In this document: positions 25,266 through 36,720 of the stretch, piece by piece
Layout of the letters: each line of letters opens with the position of its first letter
How positions within the stretch are numbered: the stretch's first letter is position 1
From: Rhynchopus sp. YZ270_cl-10
Taxonomy: Eukaryota
Direction of reading: 5' to 3'
DNA: 64,000 bases
Assembly: GCA_964035575.1 (NCBI GenBank)
Contig: OZ037836.1
Location: 124,001-188,000, forward strand
Program-made: the position numbers and the translations under genes
Notes under the pieces: model-generated
The model's input: the letters and a program-made list of their open reading frames with translations, nothing else
What the model was told of the DNA's origin: nothing
The model's database searches: none

Positions 25266-25955
25266 TCAGAGCTTCGCCTGCTTCGCCTGCTGCGCCTGGT
25301 ACTTCTTGAATCCTGGAAGAAGTTTGGGGAGCATCTTATTGAAGTCTGAGTGCGTCTCTGTGTACATCGGGAGCTGCTTGCAGTCGCCGACCCAACGCAT
25401 CACATTGGGGTACGCATCAAGGCTGTGGAGGTTGAAGAACTCCGGCAGGCACTGCGACACCTCCGCGAAGGCGCAGATGTCTGCCACAGTCACCACATCC
25501 CCGACCAGCCACTTTGACTCACCAAGCATCTTGTTCAACGTCTTCAGTGACTGCACAGCGCGCACCTCCTGCATCTTCGTGAACTCAGCACCACCACCAA
25601 GGTCCGGACGCACTGCAGGCGCAAACCATGCCATCGTGATAGCGCGAGTGTTGACGTGGTGCCAGTGAAGGTACTCCTCGATGCGTGCACGGACCTGAGG
25701 GTCCTTCGGGTATAGAGCCCAGTTGTGTTTGTCTGCAAGGTACGTGAGGATCGCGTGCGACTCATTCAGAACAAAGCCGCCGTCGTCGATGCGGGGAAGT
25801 GTATGGAATCGGCCGTACTGTGTCATGCCGGGCTGGCGGTTCTGCTTTCCGGGGAAGACGCTGACACGCTTGTACTCTGTGCGCTCCATGCGAAGACACC
25901 ACTCCACAGCGCGCGCAGGCTGGGAGATGGCAAAGGTGTACAGAGTGAGCGACAT
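25266..25955 (-). CDS. Glutathione S-transferase, theta-like, with C-terminal PTS1 (AKL), 229 aa
   Basis: SQPARAV (catalytic Ser motif), TLPRIDDGGFVLNESHAILTYL, LYPKDPQVRARIEEYLHW, WLVGDVVTVADI; ends AKL*. Confidence 0.92.
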   Translation of the reverse strand: MSLTLYTFAISQPARAVEWCLRMERTEYKRVSVFPGKQNRQPGMTQYGRFHTLPRIDDGGFVLNESHAILTYLADKHNWALYPKDPQVRARIEEYLHWHHVNTRAITMAWFAPAVRPDLGGGAEFTKMQEVRAVQSLKTLNKMLGESKWLVGDVVTVADICAFAEVSQCLPEFFNLHSLDAYPNVMRWVGDCKQLPMYTETHSDFNKMLPKLLPGFKKYQAQQAKQAKL

Positions 25956-26847
25956 TGTGTTGTGTTGTCTTTTGATGTCCTGTAGCAAATAGGATAAGTG
26001 ATAAGTGGTGCTGCAAGGAACCCCAGGCTACAGAAGAGTTAACAATGAAGGAAAAAGAAGGACACTAACTTCGGAAACCTAGGAAGGGTTTCGCCTTTTG
26101 GGAGACACACAAAGTGCCAGGTTCTCTGATATGCACGGAACCACCCTGCACCTCTTTGTCATCTTGCTTCCCGTGCAATAGGTGGGGAAACGTTTCGCAG
26201 TCGAAACTAGGTTTTATAGTCCCTATTGAAAACCACATTGTTTTGTTCTTCCTTTTTTTTGCTTTCAACATTTTTGATTTATTTTATTTTTTGTTTGGGA
26301 GACACGGTCCACGAGTCGGTTCTGTGGAAAAAACGGCACGGAACCACCTGTGTGCTACACTTGTTACACTTTTCATGTCTATCCATGGAAACTGTATCAC
26401 AAGTGACACCATCGGGGGGGAAATATTTTTAACTGCGGAAGACCCAAAACAAACTCACGAAAAAAAGAGTTTTTCTCGCGAAGTGTGGTGGTGGTGGGGG
26501 AGAATAAAATATTACGAAAATCATGCACTCTTCAAACCCTCCTTTTCCGTTTTCTCCTCACAGGGAAAAAAATACATGCCAACAAGACAACACCACGTTG
26601 ACTGCTGCTTACATCACACAAACAAGCACAAAACACAAACACACTGAAAAAGGCCAGATACAGAAAGGCAATACACGCTTGAAACAAAATACAAACACGA
26701 AGGAGAAAAGCCGACAACATGATCAAGACACATCAACATACGCCAGCCGCCTACATTTTCTGCAAATACATCAGAACACTGGGAAATATCCTTCAAATTG
26801 GGTGGACACACACAGGAACCCCTCCATAAACCTGACTGAGTTGACGC

Positions 26848-28752
26848 TCATGCGTTAACAACGAGCAGCGAGCTTGCACCGTCTCCGTAGAAGAGCGACC
26901 CGCTGAAGGGGTTCCCTGGCGCAGCACCGTGGTACGCGAAGGACTGAAGGACGGACCCACTGCACAGCCCCAGCGTGGCCCTTCTCGTGCCCGACACTAT
27001 AGACGACGTGTTGACTGCAGGTTGGTCCACACAGAGGCTTTGGTTCGCGAACACCCTCAGCGTGGCGTCCTTCCTGTGGATGAACTGCTGGCTCGCCACG
27101 TTGTTGTGGGCAGGGTCAGTGGTGCATGGGGTGACGGTCAGGTTTTGGCCAAGGGTCATGCTCCCCCCGTCAAGGCAGAAGTCTACCTTATCGATCTGCA
27201 CCGACAGCGTGTTCATCGTTGTGCCCTGCGCCTCGTTGATGTACCACGCACTGGTGACACCTGCCTGAGGGGAAACAACCACGTTGTAAGCAGCCTCCCT
27301 GACGTCTCTGTGCTTTTGGTAGTGAGTGAGCAGCCACTCGGAGACGTGCTTCTGTGCTGTCACGGTATTCGGGTAGTCTACGTCCGCCATGTGTGCGTGC
27401 ACGGTCATGATGTGTGTCTGGAGTGAGTTAGGCGTCAGCTCGGCCTCGATAGCGAGACCGTCCTTCTGTGGCGGGACTGCCGCGGGGAGGTGCAGCGGGC
27501 AGTCTGTCCTGGGTGTGTCGAGCGTGTCGAAGAGGTGCTCGAACGTCGCCGCCCATGCGTCCCGCTTCGTCAGCGGTGTCGTGTCCATGCCGAGCAGCTT
27601 CCTCGTGGTCGCCATGATCGACGTCAGGTCGTACTCCGAATCTTTCGCAGGCTTCTGCGTATCAGGCGGGCCCGACTCGATACCACCCTTCGGCAGCCAA
27701 GGGGAGATCAGCACAGTGGGAAGACGAACACCCAAACGGTCGAAGTTGAACGCGTCTGGGAAGCTCTCTTGCCCGTCGCCTGGGTGCGGTGCCGAGAGCG
27801 GTGTGGGCACGTGGTCGTAGTACCCACCGTGCTCGTCGTATGTGATGATGAAGAGCGTCTCCTCCCACTGAGGCGAGCTGCGCAGTGCTTCGTACACATC
27901 CTTGTAGTAGGCCTCCCCAGCAGCCATGTCGTGGTCGGGGTGCTGGTCGCTCGAGCCCACACCGGTGGTCATGTTGATTCCGGACCTCGGGTTGATCCAT
28001 GAGTACGTCGGCAGCGTGCCCTCCTTCGCGTCCTTCCAGAACTCCTCCATCGACGCAGTGTTCTTAGGGTTGTGCGCAATCGTGCTCATGAAAAGCTCCC
28101 ACGGCGTGTCGTTGTAGTAGTTCTTCCACGTGCCCCCGTTCTCCGTGACCTGGTCAAAGAAGCTCTTCTGTGTGAACAGCGCGCCCTTCTTGTTTTTGTA
28201 CCACGGGCCCGTCTCAGTCAGACCCTGTGAGGTGGCGGAGACTGCGAACATCCTGTTCGGCCACGTAGGCCCTGGCACGGAAGCAAAGAAACGGTCCATG
28301 ATGACAAACTCGTCGGCAAGCGCAGTGATGATGGGAACGGTCTCGGGGGTCTGCATGTCCATGACCTGGCAGTAGTTGGAAGACTCCTGCGCGGCTTGCC
28401 CCTGCACAAAGCCACCCATCGAGGCCACCGTCAAGTTGCCCTTCGCCACTTCAGTCTTGGTGAAGATCTTATCTGTGGTGCCCGGTGTGGTGTGGTCTGG
28501 GTCGCACAGCGACACCTGCGTCGCATTCTTCGATACGTAAACACGTTTCGAGGTGGGGTCAGAAGGGTCCACAAGGTTGCTCTCGTTTCCCGTCAGCCCG
28601 TTGACCTTGCCCTGACGGTAGAAGCCAAAGACGTGGTCAAACGAGCGGTTCTCCTCCATCAAAACAACGACTCTTTTGATCTTCCCGTCCCCAAACTTTG
28701 CGTCAGCCAAAGTGATGGCGGCCAGCACAGCTGCGGTGCGTGCCCACATCAT
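26848..28752 (-). CDS. Secreted phosphoesterase / non-specific phospholipase C with C-terminal ricin-B-like domain, 634 aa
   Basis: Signal-peptide-like N-terminus; VVVLMEENRSFDH, FASVPGPTWPNR, ITYDEHGGYYDHV, LGVRLP; tail with CLD...PC...SQQF and CVD...LC...QSF repeats. Confidence 0.9.
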   Translation of the reverse strand: MMWARTAAVLAAITLADAKFGDGKIKRVVVLMEENRSFDHVFGFYRQGKVNGLTGNESNLVDPSDPTSKRVYVSKNATQVSLCDPDHTTPGTTDKIFTKTEVAKGNLTVASMGGFVQGQAAQESSNYCQVMDMQTPETVPIITALADEFVIMDRFFASVPGPTWPNRMFAVSATSQGLTETGPWYKNKKGALFTQKSFFDQVTENGGTWKNYYNDTPWELFMSTIAHNPKNTASMEEFWKDAKEGTLPTYSWINPRSGINMTTGVGSSDQHPDHDMAAGEAYYKDVYEALRSSPQWEETLFIITYDEHGGYYDHVPTPLSAPHPGDGQESFPDAFNFDRLGVRLPTVLISPWLPKGGIESGPPDTQKPAKDSEYDLTSIMATTRKLLGMDTTPLTKRDAWAATFEHLFDTLDTPRTDCPLHLPAAVPPQKDGLAIEAELTPNSLQTHIMTVHAHMADVDYPNTVTAQKHVSEWLLTHYQKHRDVREAAYNVVVSPQAGVTSAWYINEAQGTTMNTLSVQIDKVDFCLDGGSMTLGQNLTVTPCTTDPAHNNVASQQFIHRKDATLRVFANQSLCVDQPAVNTSSIVSGTRRATLGLCSGSVLQSFAYHGAAPGNPFSGSLFYGDGASSLLVVNA

Positions 28753-29299
28753 GTTACGTAAGCAGTGGTATTTCGTCTGTGTGGTTTGTGGTGGTGTGTA
28801 GTGGGAAGGGTAGTGGCAGTGGATTAGGAAATGAAGAAAAAGAGGGTGGGTGGGGTTCGCGGATTCGCGTATTCAGCCGGAAAATACCAACGTCACGACG
28901 TTTGTGACAAGAAACCATATGTGAAAGAACCTCCCTTATTCCCTTTACCCAACAAACACAACTGTCTAAAAGCCACACTTAGTGGGCAAGAATGACCCTA
29001 TACACACCACACTGAATAAACATCAGAGCACGTACCTGCAGATCCACAGTTGTTTAACATACAGTGCACACACCCGACAACGCAAAGAGGAAAAACATTT
29101 TACACAGCCCAAATCTTCATCTTTGTGATCAAGATCTTGACAATTCCCACAAAAACGTGGACCACATTACAAACCGATGCTACCCTCATCAACATTAAAC
29201 ACATATTTGCCAACTGATGTGTCCTCACTAAACTGCCACCATGTCTGCTTTCGCTGGAAGAGCGACTTCAGGAAGCCCGTTATGCAGCACACCTCATTG

Positions 29300-30220
29300 T
29301 CATTGTGCGTGTCTCTGCCGTTTGTGTGCTTGCTGGGGGGATTCGTCTCTGCTGCGTTTCGGGCGTGCTTCAACCACAAGCTTGCTCAGCTTCTTGTTTT
29401 CCCTTTCCCTCAGCGCGCACTCCTTTACCAGGGCAGACACAACACTGCTGCAGCCGGTAAGGTAAATACTCTTCAACGAAGTGCACCTATGAACAAAACC
29501 CCAAGAACAGCAATACATAACCCTGCTGAGTGGTGACAGATCTAGGGTGGTTAAGCCTTCGCAGCCGTTGAGAAAGTCGCTACTGATTTCTGTCAAGTTG
29601 CTAAGGGGCGAGAGATCCAGAGTGATTAAGCCTTTGCAGCCGAAGAGAAAGCAGGCACCGATTTTTGTCAAGCTGTTGAGTGGTCTCAAATCCAAACTGG
29701 TTAAGCCTTCGCAATTGGTCAGAAAGTGTTTGCCAACCTCCGTGACATTGATAAACCCAGAGAGGTCGATGCTTGTTAACGAGGTGCAGTCGCAAAGAAA
29801 TTCTTCGCCAATTTGAGTCACAAAGGACACAGCACTCAGATCAAGTGTTGTTAACGATGTCACCATCAAGAACCCATCAGGAATGACAGTCGCAACCTCC
29901 GCCTGCAGAAGCAAACACGCCACCTCAGGATCATCCACATCCTCCAACGCCTCTGCCGTGATGTCTGTCACACCCAACGCATGAAGCTCTGCAATGGCTT
30001 CGTGCTTCTGTGTTTTTGTGAGGATGATTGTGTCACCAGCACTCAGCTGCGTCATGTCCGCTCCTTCCCCCATCGCTTCGTCTCCGAAACTCATGCAAAA
30101 GCTGTCTTCAGGCAACCCCATTGAAGACGCCACCTTCCGCCGCAAGTCCTCCACTGTGTCATCTGCACCCACCTCGACTGTGTGCTGATTCGCTCTGAAA
30201 TCCTCGAAGTGCACGTCCAT
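29300..30220 (-). CDS. UBL + LRR protein with bipartite NLS-like tail, 306 aa
   Basis: MDVHFEDF UBL, 25-aa LRRs, tail RPKRSRDESPQQAHKRQRHAQ. Confidence 0.9.
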   Translation of the reverse strand: MDVHFEDFRANQHTVEVGADDTVEDLRRKVASSMGLPEDSFCMSFGDEAMGEGADMTQLSAGDTIILTKTQKHEAIAELHALGVTDITAEALEDVDDPEVACLLLQAEVATVIPDGFLMVTSLTTLDLSAVSFVTQIGEEFLCDCTSLTSIDLSGFINVTEVGKHFLTNCEGLTSLDLRPLNSLTKIGACFLFGCKGLITLDLSPLSNLTEISSDFLNGCEGLTTLDLSPLSRVMYCCSWGFVHRCTSLKSIYLTGCSSVVSALVKECALRERENKKLSKLVVEARPKRSRDESPQQAHKRQRHAQ

Positions 30221-31138
30221 TTGTTTGTTGTGGTTTTGTGTTCTGAACTCTGTGTGTGGGGTGTGGTGGTAGGGGTGGATAGCAACGATAATTCCTTAAC
30301 AAACATCTGCCCGTAGTAGTGTCTGTATTATTTGTACTATTTTGCTACACTTGGCAATCAGCGATGTTTCTTTTTCCCCACAACAGGGGAAGGGATGCGG
30401 TCGAATGAAAATCACATCGGTAGAAAAGGCAGAGAATGTGGGGTTTTATTCTTTATGCAGAACACGATGATCGCTCCTGTGTGGCACATGACACACGTTT
30501 CTGTTTTACCTTTTTTTTTAAATTATTCATTTCGTTTCGTTCTCAGAGGGCTAAATATTGGCCGAAAAGCCTTTTTGCATTTGTGTCCACCGAAAAGCGG
30601 AGGCGGATCATACGTCTGTCTACGACATGTCCTTCTTGAAGACCCTCCTCGAGCAAATCTGTATCCAAAGACCTCGCAAAACAGCAGGATTTAGTTCCCC
30701 AGGTCGCCACATGGAAATGCAGCGCACCCACGTCCCCCGGCACAACCCACGTTTCCTTTCATTCGATAAATTATTGTACACAACAGACGAAGCGGTACGC
30801 GTACGGTTGTAAGGAAATAATACAAGCCGAAATGTTTGGGTGTCTTCGGCTCGAATGATTGGAATTGTGTGTGAAACTCAGACATAAATACTGGCTCTTC
30901 TGCGGATGCGTCCAATGAAAATCATTTCGTATAGAAGAGCTCAAGAATGTAGGTTTTATTATTTTGACAGATTGTAAGATAGGATGATACGTATCCGGCT
31001 GACCCACTAGTACGATGCCAGCCCGCAGAGCAAAGCACAACGTACCCTCTGCACAGAGAGGATGTGAACGCAGAACGATAGAACGGAAATTGAACACCTT
31101 TTCTGCAAGACTACTTTGGTCGTATTTAGTCAAACAAA

Positions 31139-31308
31139 TGAACAAGATAAAAACAAAAAAGCTCGCGTTTCTTTTATCGAACAGATATTATTCTCCGCCC
31201 CGTACCCAAAACGTAAACACCACTTTGAATCAGAAAAAATATTTTCCTCTCCTTTTTTCTTCCACACGCGCTGGTTTTTGTGTTCGCTCATTTTTATCAA
31301 AAAGCTTT
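31139..31308 (-). mobile_element. Terminus B of the non-autonomous family, inverted orientation
   Basis: Reverse complement of 8493-8662 (begins TGAACAAGATAAAAC). Confidence 0.8.
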
Positions 31309-31595
31309 ACCCTTACACGCTAGTTTCCAGTTTGTGGTCACGAGACTATTCTTCCCTCCACAGTACAGGTATGTTGTTTTGTTTTTGCACCGCATATTCC
31401 TTGAAGTCAGAAGAGAAAAACAACGACCCAAAAAGATACGTCGCGCACAACACATATATGACCAACGAACTGAATTTGAACATGTCCCTTGCACTGTCAC
31501 ACCTCATGGAAATGAGGTATCGTTAAAGACCCTAATGTATACCCTTCGTGCATGAGTGGACATCATGTGACCACCTTTGTCAACGATCAGCCACA

Positions 31596-34500
31596 TCATG
31601 ACACGACACGTGTGAGGCCCGACTGACATCGCCGCGGACGTGACGTGAAAACGTGTTGTACATCCTGGTGCACAGCAGCGCTGTGTGCACTGTGCACGAC
31701 AGAGGTGTCTGCTCTGCGCAACGTCCCACCGGCTTCTCGCATAGACTCGGCCACACCTACATGCCTGCCCGGTGCAACGTAGCTACTAACCTGCAGTGTA
31801 CTGCCTGCTTCATCACCTATGTCAGTCATGCGTCTGCTCGCGATACTGCTGCTGCTGCACATAGTGTATCCCAGTAGACCAGCAGAGCTGCGTGTTGACG
31901 CAGAGGAAAGGCGCGAAGGTGAACGTAGGTAGTGTGCATGGGGCGAGCCGGTGACGCCCAGCTCAGACACCTCGCAGCTCCTGTCGAGGGCGCTGGAGAG
32001 GAGTGTGTGGTCGTCTGTGTCGGAGTCGTGGGTGCTGGTGTTGGTGTTCTCGGCAATGGCACGGTAATAGAGAATGTTGCGTCTGTCCGTGACGCTCAGG
32101 TACAGCTCCGTGCACACATCGCACACAGCCTTGCATGCGAGCAGTACCGAGCACGCAATAAAGACCTTCGCAGCAGTGCCAAACGTCCAGTGCCCCGTGT
32201 CCTCAGCGTAGTAGCCCGCAGCCATCAGCCCCAGGCCTGCAGCCTGAAGGATCTGGAACGCAGGCAGCATGTACCCGTCGCGTGCGCGTGCGTGCGGCCA
32301 CGTCGCAACCTCTGCACACAGCAGCACAACAAAGATCAGCGCACTGCTCAGCTTCTGGTGTCCGCACCCAACAAGCGTGTGCGCCGTCGAGCTGTTCACC
32401 GCCGAAACAGTCAGACTCGCAGCCATCTCGACGAAGGAAAAGCACGCCCACTCCTCACAGTACGGGCGAATCACAGCTGCGTACCGCAGGTGCCACAGCT
32501 CTGCCTCGCAGCGGCTCACCCACTCGCCTGGGCCCACCACCGCACTCAGCCACGTCCTCCCCCCCCTCATGTCCGTGTCGTGCAGGTAGTACCCCTTGCG
32601 GGGCACACCCACACGCACAGAGTACAGCACAAAGAACGGCACACCACAGCAGAACGCAAGCGCTGCAAAGCCAAGCAGAAACAGCGCCGTCGACGGTGGG
32701 TAAAACACAAGCGCAATCGCCCCGAGTGCCGTGCCCTGCAGCAGGAACTGGAACACAAACAGTGGTGCTGAGGGGAACCGGCACATCCCCACAGCGTCAA
32801 TCGCCTTGAAGTAGCCTGTGCACGTCACCACCTGCACAACAACGCTCATCACCACCCAGAACGACACAGTCACCAGGAAGTTCCCCACCACAAGCCCTGC
32901 CGCCTGCGAGCCAAAGAGCGTCCACTGTGTGGGGTGCAGCACAAAGGGGTACGTGCGCTGTGCCATCGGCTCACCAAGCTTGCAGAGCTGCCCCACAACC
33001 GCAAGGCGCAGTGCCGAGCCAGCAGACGCACCCGACACCAGCGACGCAACACTCGACGCATCTGCGACACCTGCGGTGGCTGCGCTTGCACGCCCCATGT
33101 CCTCCACCACGGCACCGCTGTGGTGTGCACGCACGTAGTCCTCTGTGCTTCCGTCTCCTTCTTCCTTGCCAGTCACCGACTCTTCTATTGTGGATACATG
33201 TGGTAAAGGTGTACGTGTCGGTGTCGGCTTGTGTGGAGAGGGCGTCTGGGGTGGGGCCAGTGTCGTACCCACTGCAGGTGCAAGTGTCGCTGGCAGAAGT
33301 GTAGTTGGTGCAGTACGTGGCGGCAAGGTCAGTGGCTGCAGTGTTGCTGGTGCGTGTGTGTCTGGTGCTGATGTCGCAGGCGGGTTTGTTGGTGCCTGTG
33401 TAGCAGGTGTCGTAGTGCTTGGTGAAAACGTCTCGCCAACAGGGAGTGCCGTTGGTGTCAATGTGTCTGGTGCGTGTGTGTCTGGTGCTGGCGTGGCTGG
33501 TGCAGGTGTGTCCGGGACAGCTGTGCGTGGTGCTGGTGTTGGGGGTGCAACTGTGTCACCAAGAGGGAGTGACGTTGGAACAGTTGGGGACAGTGTGTCT
33601 GGTGCTGAGGTTGGTGGGGATGGTGTAGCAGGTACGATCGTGAGTGGTGCAGGTGTGGATGGTGGCAAAGTTTGTGGTGATGGTGTGGCTGGCGATGACG
33701 TTGGCGGGGAAGGTGTTGCTGGTGCGGGCGTCGGTGGCGACTGTGTTGGTGGCGCTGGTGTTAGAGGAGACGACGTTTGTGGTGCTGGCGTCGTAGGTGC
33801 TGACGTGGGTGGCGATGGTGTCACCGGCACTGTCGTTGGCGGCACTGGAGTGTCTGGCGAATGTGTCGGTGGCGAAGGTGTTTCTGGGGATGGTGTAAGT
33901 GGCGCTGGCGTAGGTGGCGAAGGTGTTGGTGGCACTGACGTGGGTGGCGATGGTGTCACCGGCACTGTAGTTGGCGGCGCTGGAGTGTCTGGCGACTGTG
34001 TCGGTGGCGAAGGTGTTACTGGGGATGGTGTAAGTGGCGCTGGTGTAGGTGGCGATGGTGTTTCTGGTGCGGGCGTCAGTGGAACTGGGGTCACTGGCGA
34101 CAGCGTAGGTGGCGCTGGAGTTAGAGGAGACGACGTTGGCGGCACAGGGGTGGCTGGTGACTGTGTCGGTGGAGAAGGTGTTTCTGGGGATGGTGTAAGT
34201 GGCGCTGGCGTCGTTCGTGCTGGTGTTGGTGGCGCTGACGTGGGTGGCGCTGGAGTGCCTGGTGACTGTGTCGGTGGCGAAGGTGTTACTGGGGATGGTG
34301 TAAGTGGCGCTGGTGTTGGTGGCGAAGGTGTTGCTAAAGGATAAGTAGGTACCACCGTCTCTGGCACTGCTGCTGGCGTCGTCGGAGGCAACGTCGGCAC
34401 TCCCACGGGTGGCACGGTTTGCGGCGCAGGTGTATCTGGCACCGCTACTGGCATCCAATACACATGCAGGCCTGACGTACCGTACAGCACATACCAAGGC

Positions 34501-35468
34501 GCGCTCACAACAAGCCCGCTCATGGGACCCTTGTCGCCCACTTCCCAGTAGTCATACCCTGGCATGACGTTTTCCACGTTGCCCGGTTCAACGAAGTGGA
34601 GGTACATATAGCTTGCATCCTGAAGGTAGGTGTAGATGTACGAGTCGTCGAAGGCCACGATACGTTTCTCTGCGTCTGCGAAGGTCTGGTCCTGCGGGAG
34701 GGTCGAAGTGTCGCCAAACACCTGCAGGGCAGGCATGTCGTTGTAGTCGTTCCCGAGCAGCATCAGCATGCGCGACGTCAAGGAGAAGTGCATGCCCACG
34801 ACCTCCGCCACCTCTAGCGTCCTTGCTATTGGCTGCTGCGGGAGCAGCCCTGCGTCGTACGACAGGACACGCTCATTAGTTGATATGTACAACATCTCAT
34901 TCCCAGCGTCGTACGCCATATGCGTGCACCCTCCTTCCAAGGCCACATCCGTGAACACCCACGGATCCACCATGTGGTCAATGGTGTGCAACGTCATGCC
35001 GCAGCACACAAACACCAGCCCATCAGACCACGTGCTCTGCACAATCGCTGCGCACGGTGCGCCCACGCTGTTCACAATATCCTTCGCGTCGTCCGTACCA
35101 GAAAAGCTTGCGACCGGCAGCTCCGCCACCAACTTTGCGTACCTCTGCACGCCAGAAGTATGCTTGAAGACCACATGAAGCACATTACTGTCCATGTTGT
35201 CCGTCACTGACAGGAGATAACTGCTGCCAGGTAGTGCCGCTTCTCCAGCGGACACAAACCCACCACCCCCAGAGAGACAACGTTGGTAGATCTTCGACGC
35301 CTCCGCGAATCGTATGCAGTCACCCAGCAAGGAGACCCCGCTAACGGGGCTGCCAAGCGTCTCGATAGTCTGAAAGAACACAGGCGGTTCAGGCTGCGCG
35401 TAGCACAACAGAGGCAGAATCAGCAGAAGTGTGCACACAAACACAGATAACCTCGTTCGTGAGCTCAT
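31596..35468 (-). CDS. Surface protein: signal peptide, globular N-domain, TPAP/TPSP mucin-like stalk, about 7-TM C-terminal module, 1290 aa
   Basis: Intact ORF; start at MSSRTRLSVFVCTLLLILPLLCYA (signal peptide); long Pro/Thr repeat region; seven hydrophobic segments. Confidence 0.88.
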   Translation of the reverse strand: MSSRTRLSVFVCTLLLILPLLCYAQPEPPVFFQTIETLGSPVSGVSLLGDCIRFAEASKIYQRCLSGGGGFVSAGEAALPGSSYLLSVTDNMDSNVLHVVFKHTSGVQRYAKLVAELPVASFSGTDDAKDIVNSVGAPCAAIVQSTWSDGLVFVCCGMTLHTIDHMVDPWVFTDVALEGGCTHMAYDAGNEMLYISTNERVLSYDAGLLPQQPIARTLEVAEVVGMHFSLTSRMLMLLGNDYNDMPALQVFGDTSTLPQDQTFADAEKRIVAFDDSYIYTYLQDASYMYLHFVEPGNVENVMPGYDYWEVGDKGPMSGLVVSAPWYVLYGTSGLHVYWMPVAVPDTPAPQTVPPVGVPTLPPTTPAAVPETVVPTYPLATPSPPTPAPLTPSPVTPSPPTQSPGTPAPPTSAPPTPARTTPAPLTPSPETPSPPTQSPATPVPPTSSPLTPAPPTLSPVTPVPLTPAPETPSPPTPAPLTPSPVTPSPPTQSPDTPAPPTTVPVTPSPPTSVPPTPSPPTPAPLTPSPETPSPPTHSPDTPVPPTTVPVTPSPPTSAPTTPAPQTSSPLTPAPPTQSPPTPAPATPSPPTSSPATPSPQTLPPSTPAPLTIVPATPSPPTSAPDTLSPTVPTSLPLGDTVAPPTPAPRTAVPDTPAPATPAPDTHAPDTLTPTALPVGETFSPSTTTPATQAPTNPPATSAPDTHAPATLQPLTLPPRTAPTTLLPATLAPAVGTTLAPPQTPSPHKPTPTRTPLPHVSTIEESVTGKEEGDGSTEDYVRAHHSGAVVEDMGRASAATAGVADASSVASLVSGASAGSALRLAVVGQLCKLGEPMAQRTYPFVLHPTQWTLFGSQAAGLVVGNFLVTVSFWVVMSVVVQVVTCTGYFKAIDAVGMCRFPSAPLFVFQFLLQGTALGAIALVFYPPSTALFLLGFAALAFCCGVPFFVLYSVRVGVPRKGYYLHDTDMRGGRTWLSAVVGPGEWVSRCEAELWHLRYAAVIRPYCEEWACFSFVEMAASLTVSAVNSSTAHTLVGCGHQKLSSALIFVVLLCAEVATWPHARARDGYMLPAFQILQAAGLGLMAAGYYAEDTGHWTFGTAAKVFIACSVLLACKAVCDVCTELYLSVTDRRNILYYRAIAENTNTSTHDSDTDDHTLLSSALDRSCEVSELGVTGSPHAHYLRSPSRLSSASTRSSAGLLGYTMCSSSSIASRRMTDIGDEAGSTLQVSSYVAPGRHVGVAESMREAGGTLRRADTSVVHSAHSAAVHQDVQHVFTSRPRRCQSGLTRVVS

Positions 35469-35762
35469 ATGACCCCCCACGAAACACACAAGCCCTTCCT
35501 GTTGGGAAGTGGGGGTGGGGGTGAGATAAGTGGTCTGCGAAGAAGTGGGGTTCAAAAGAGATGGAGCAAGTTTTGCAGGTAGACTCAGAACAGTGCGCAA
35601 TCAGGCTGGGGGGGAAAAGTCTGGAGAAAAAGATGGCAAAACTACAAAAAGGGGGGAGACGGGGTACTTTTTTTCTTCTTCTTCTGTTGCAGTATTTTTC
35701 ACCGTCATCCTTTTACTCGTGGTTCTTCGGTGAGGCTGCAACCACCACAGCACACCTCATCG

Positions 35763-36720
35763 TCATTGTGCGTGTCTCTGCCGTTTGTGTGCTTGCTTGG
35801 GGGATTCGTCTCTGCTGCGTTTCGGACGTGCTTCAACCACAAGCTTGCTCAGCTCTCCGTTTCACTTCGTCGGACACAGCACTGCTGCAGCCGGTAAGGT
35901 AAATACTCTTCAACGACGCGAAGTCAACGAATGGAGAACCAACTAACGTAACCCTGCTGAGTCGTGACAGATCTAGGGTGGTTAAACCTACGCAGTCCCA
36001 GAGAAAGTAGCCACCGATTTCTGTCAAGCTGCTAAGGGGTGAAAGATCCAGAGTGGTAAATTTGCAGCTGGCGAGAAAGCAATGACCCAACACGGTCACG
36101 TTGCTAAGTGGCGAGAGATCGAGGGTGGTAAACATGCAGCCGGCGAGAAAGGAGTCACCAACCACCGTCACACTGCGCAACCCAAAGATGTCGATGCTTG
36201 TCAACGATGTGCACTCACGCAGAAAGTTGTCACCAACCACCGTCACATTCCTCAACCCACAAAGGTCGATGCTTGTTAACGAGGTGCAGTCGTAGAGAAA
36301 CTCATCGCCAATGCGTGTCACAAAGGACACAGCACTCAGATCAAGTGTTGTTAACGATGAACCCGACAAGAACCCATCAGGAATGACAGTCGCAACCTCC
36401 GCCTGCAGAAGCAAACACGCCACCTCAGGATCCTCCACAGTGGCCAGCGCCTCTGCCGTGATGTCTGTCACACCCAACGCATGAAGTGCTGCTATGGATT
36501 CGTGCTTCTGCGTTTTTGTGAGGATGATTGTGTCACCAACACTCAGCTGAGTCATGTCCGCTCCTTCTCCCATCGCTTCGTCTCCGAAACTCATGCAAAA
36601 GCTGTCTTCAGGCAACCCCATTGCAGACGCCACCTTCCGCCGCAAGTCCTCCACTGTGTCATCTGCACCCACCTCGACTGTGTGCTGATTCGCTCTGAAA
36701 TCCTCGAAGTGCACGTCCAT
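35763..36720 (-). pseudogene. UBL-LRR copy with a 2-nt deletion near 35861 that removes the NLS tail (stop at 35833)
   Basis: CCGTTTCACT here vs CCGTTCCTCACT in paralogues; the out-of-frame NLS-coding tail is still present to 35763. Confidence 0.8.

Noticed and set aside
33145..34344. Gly/Val-rich plus-strand ORFs (also 61132-62256)
   Set aside because: Antisense shadows of the Pro/Thr stalk codons.
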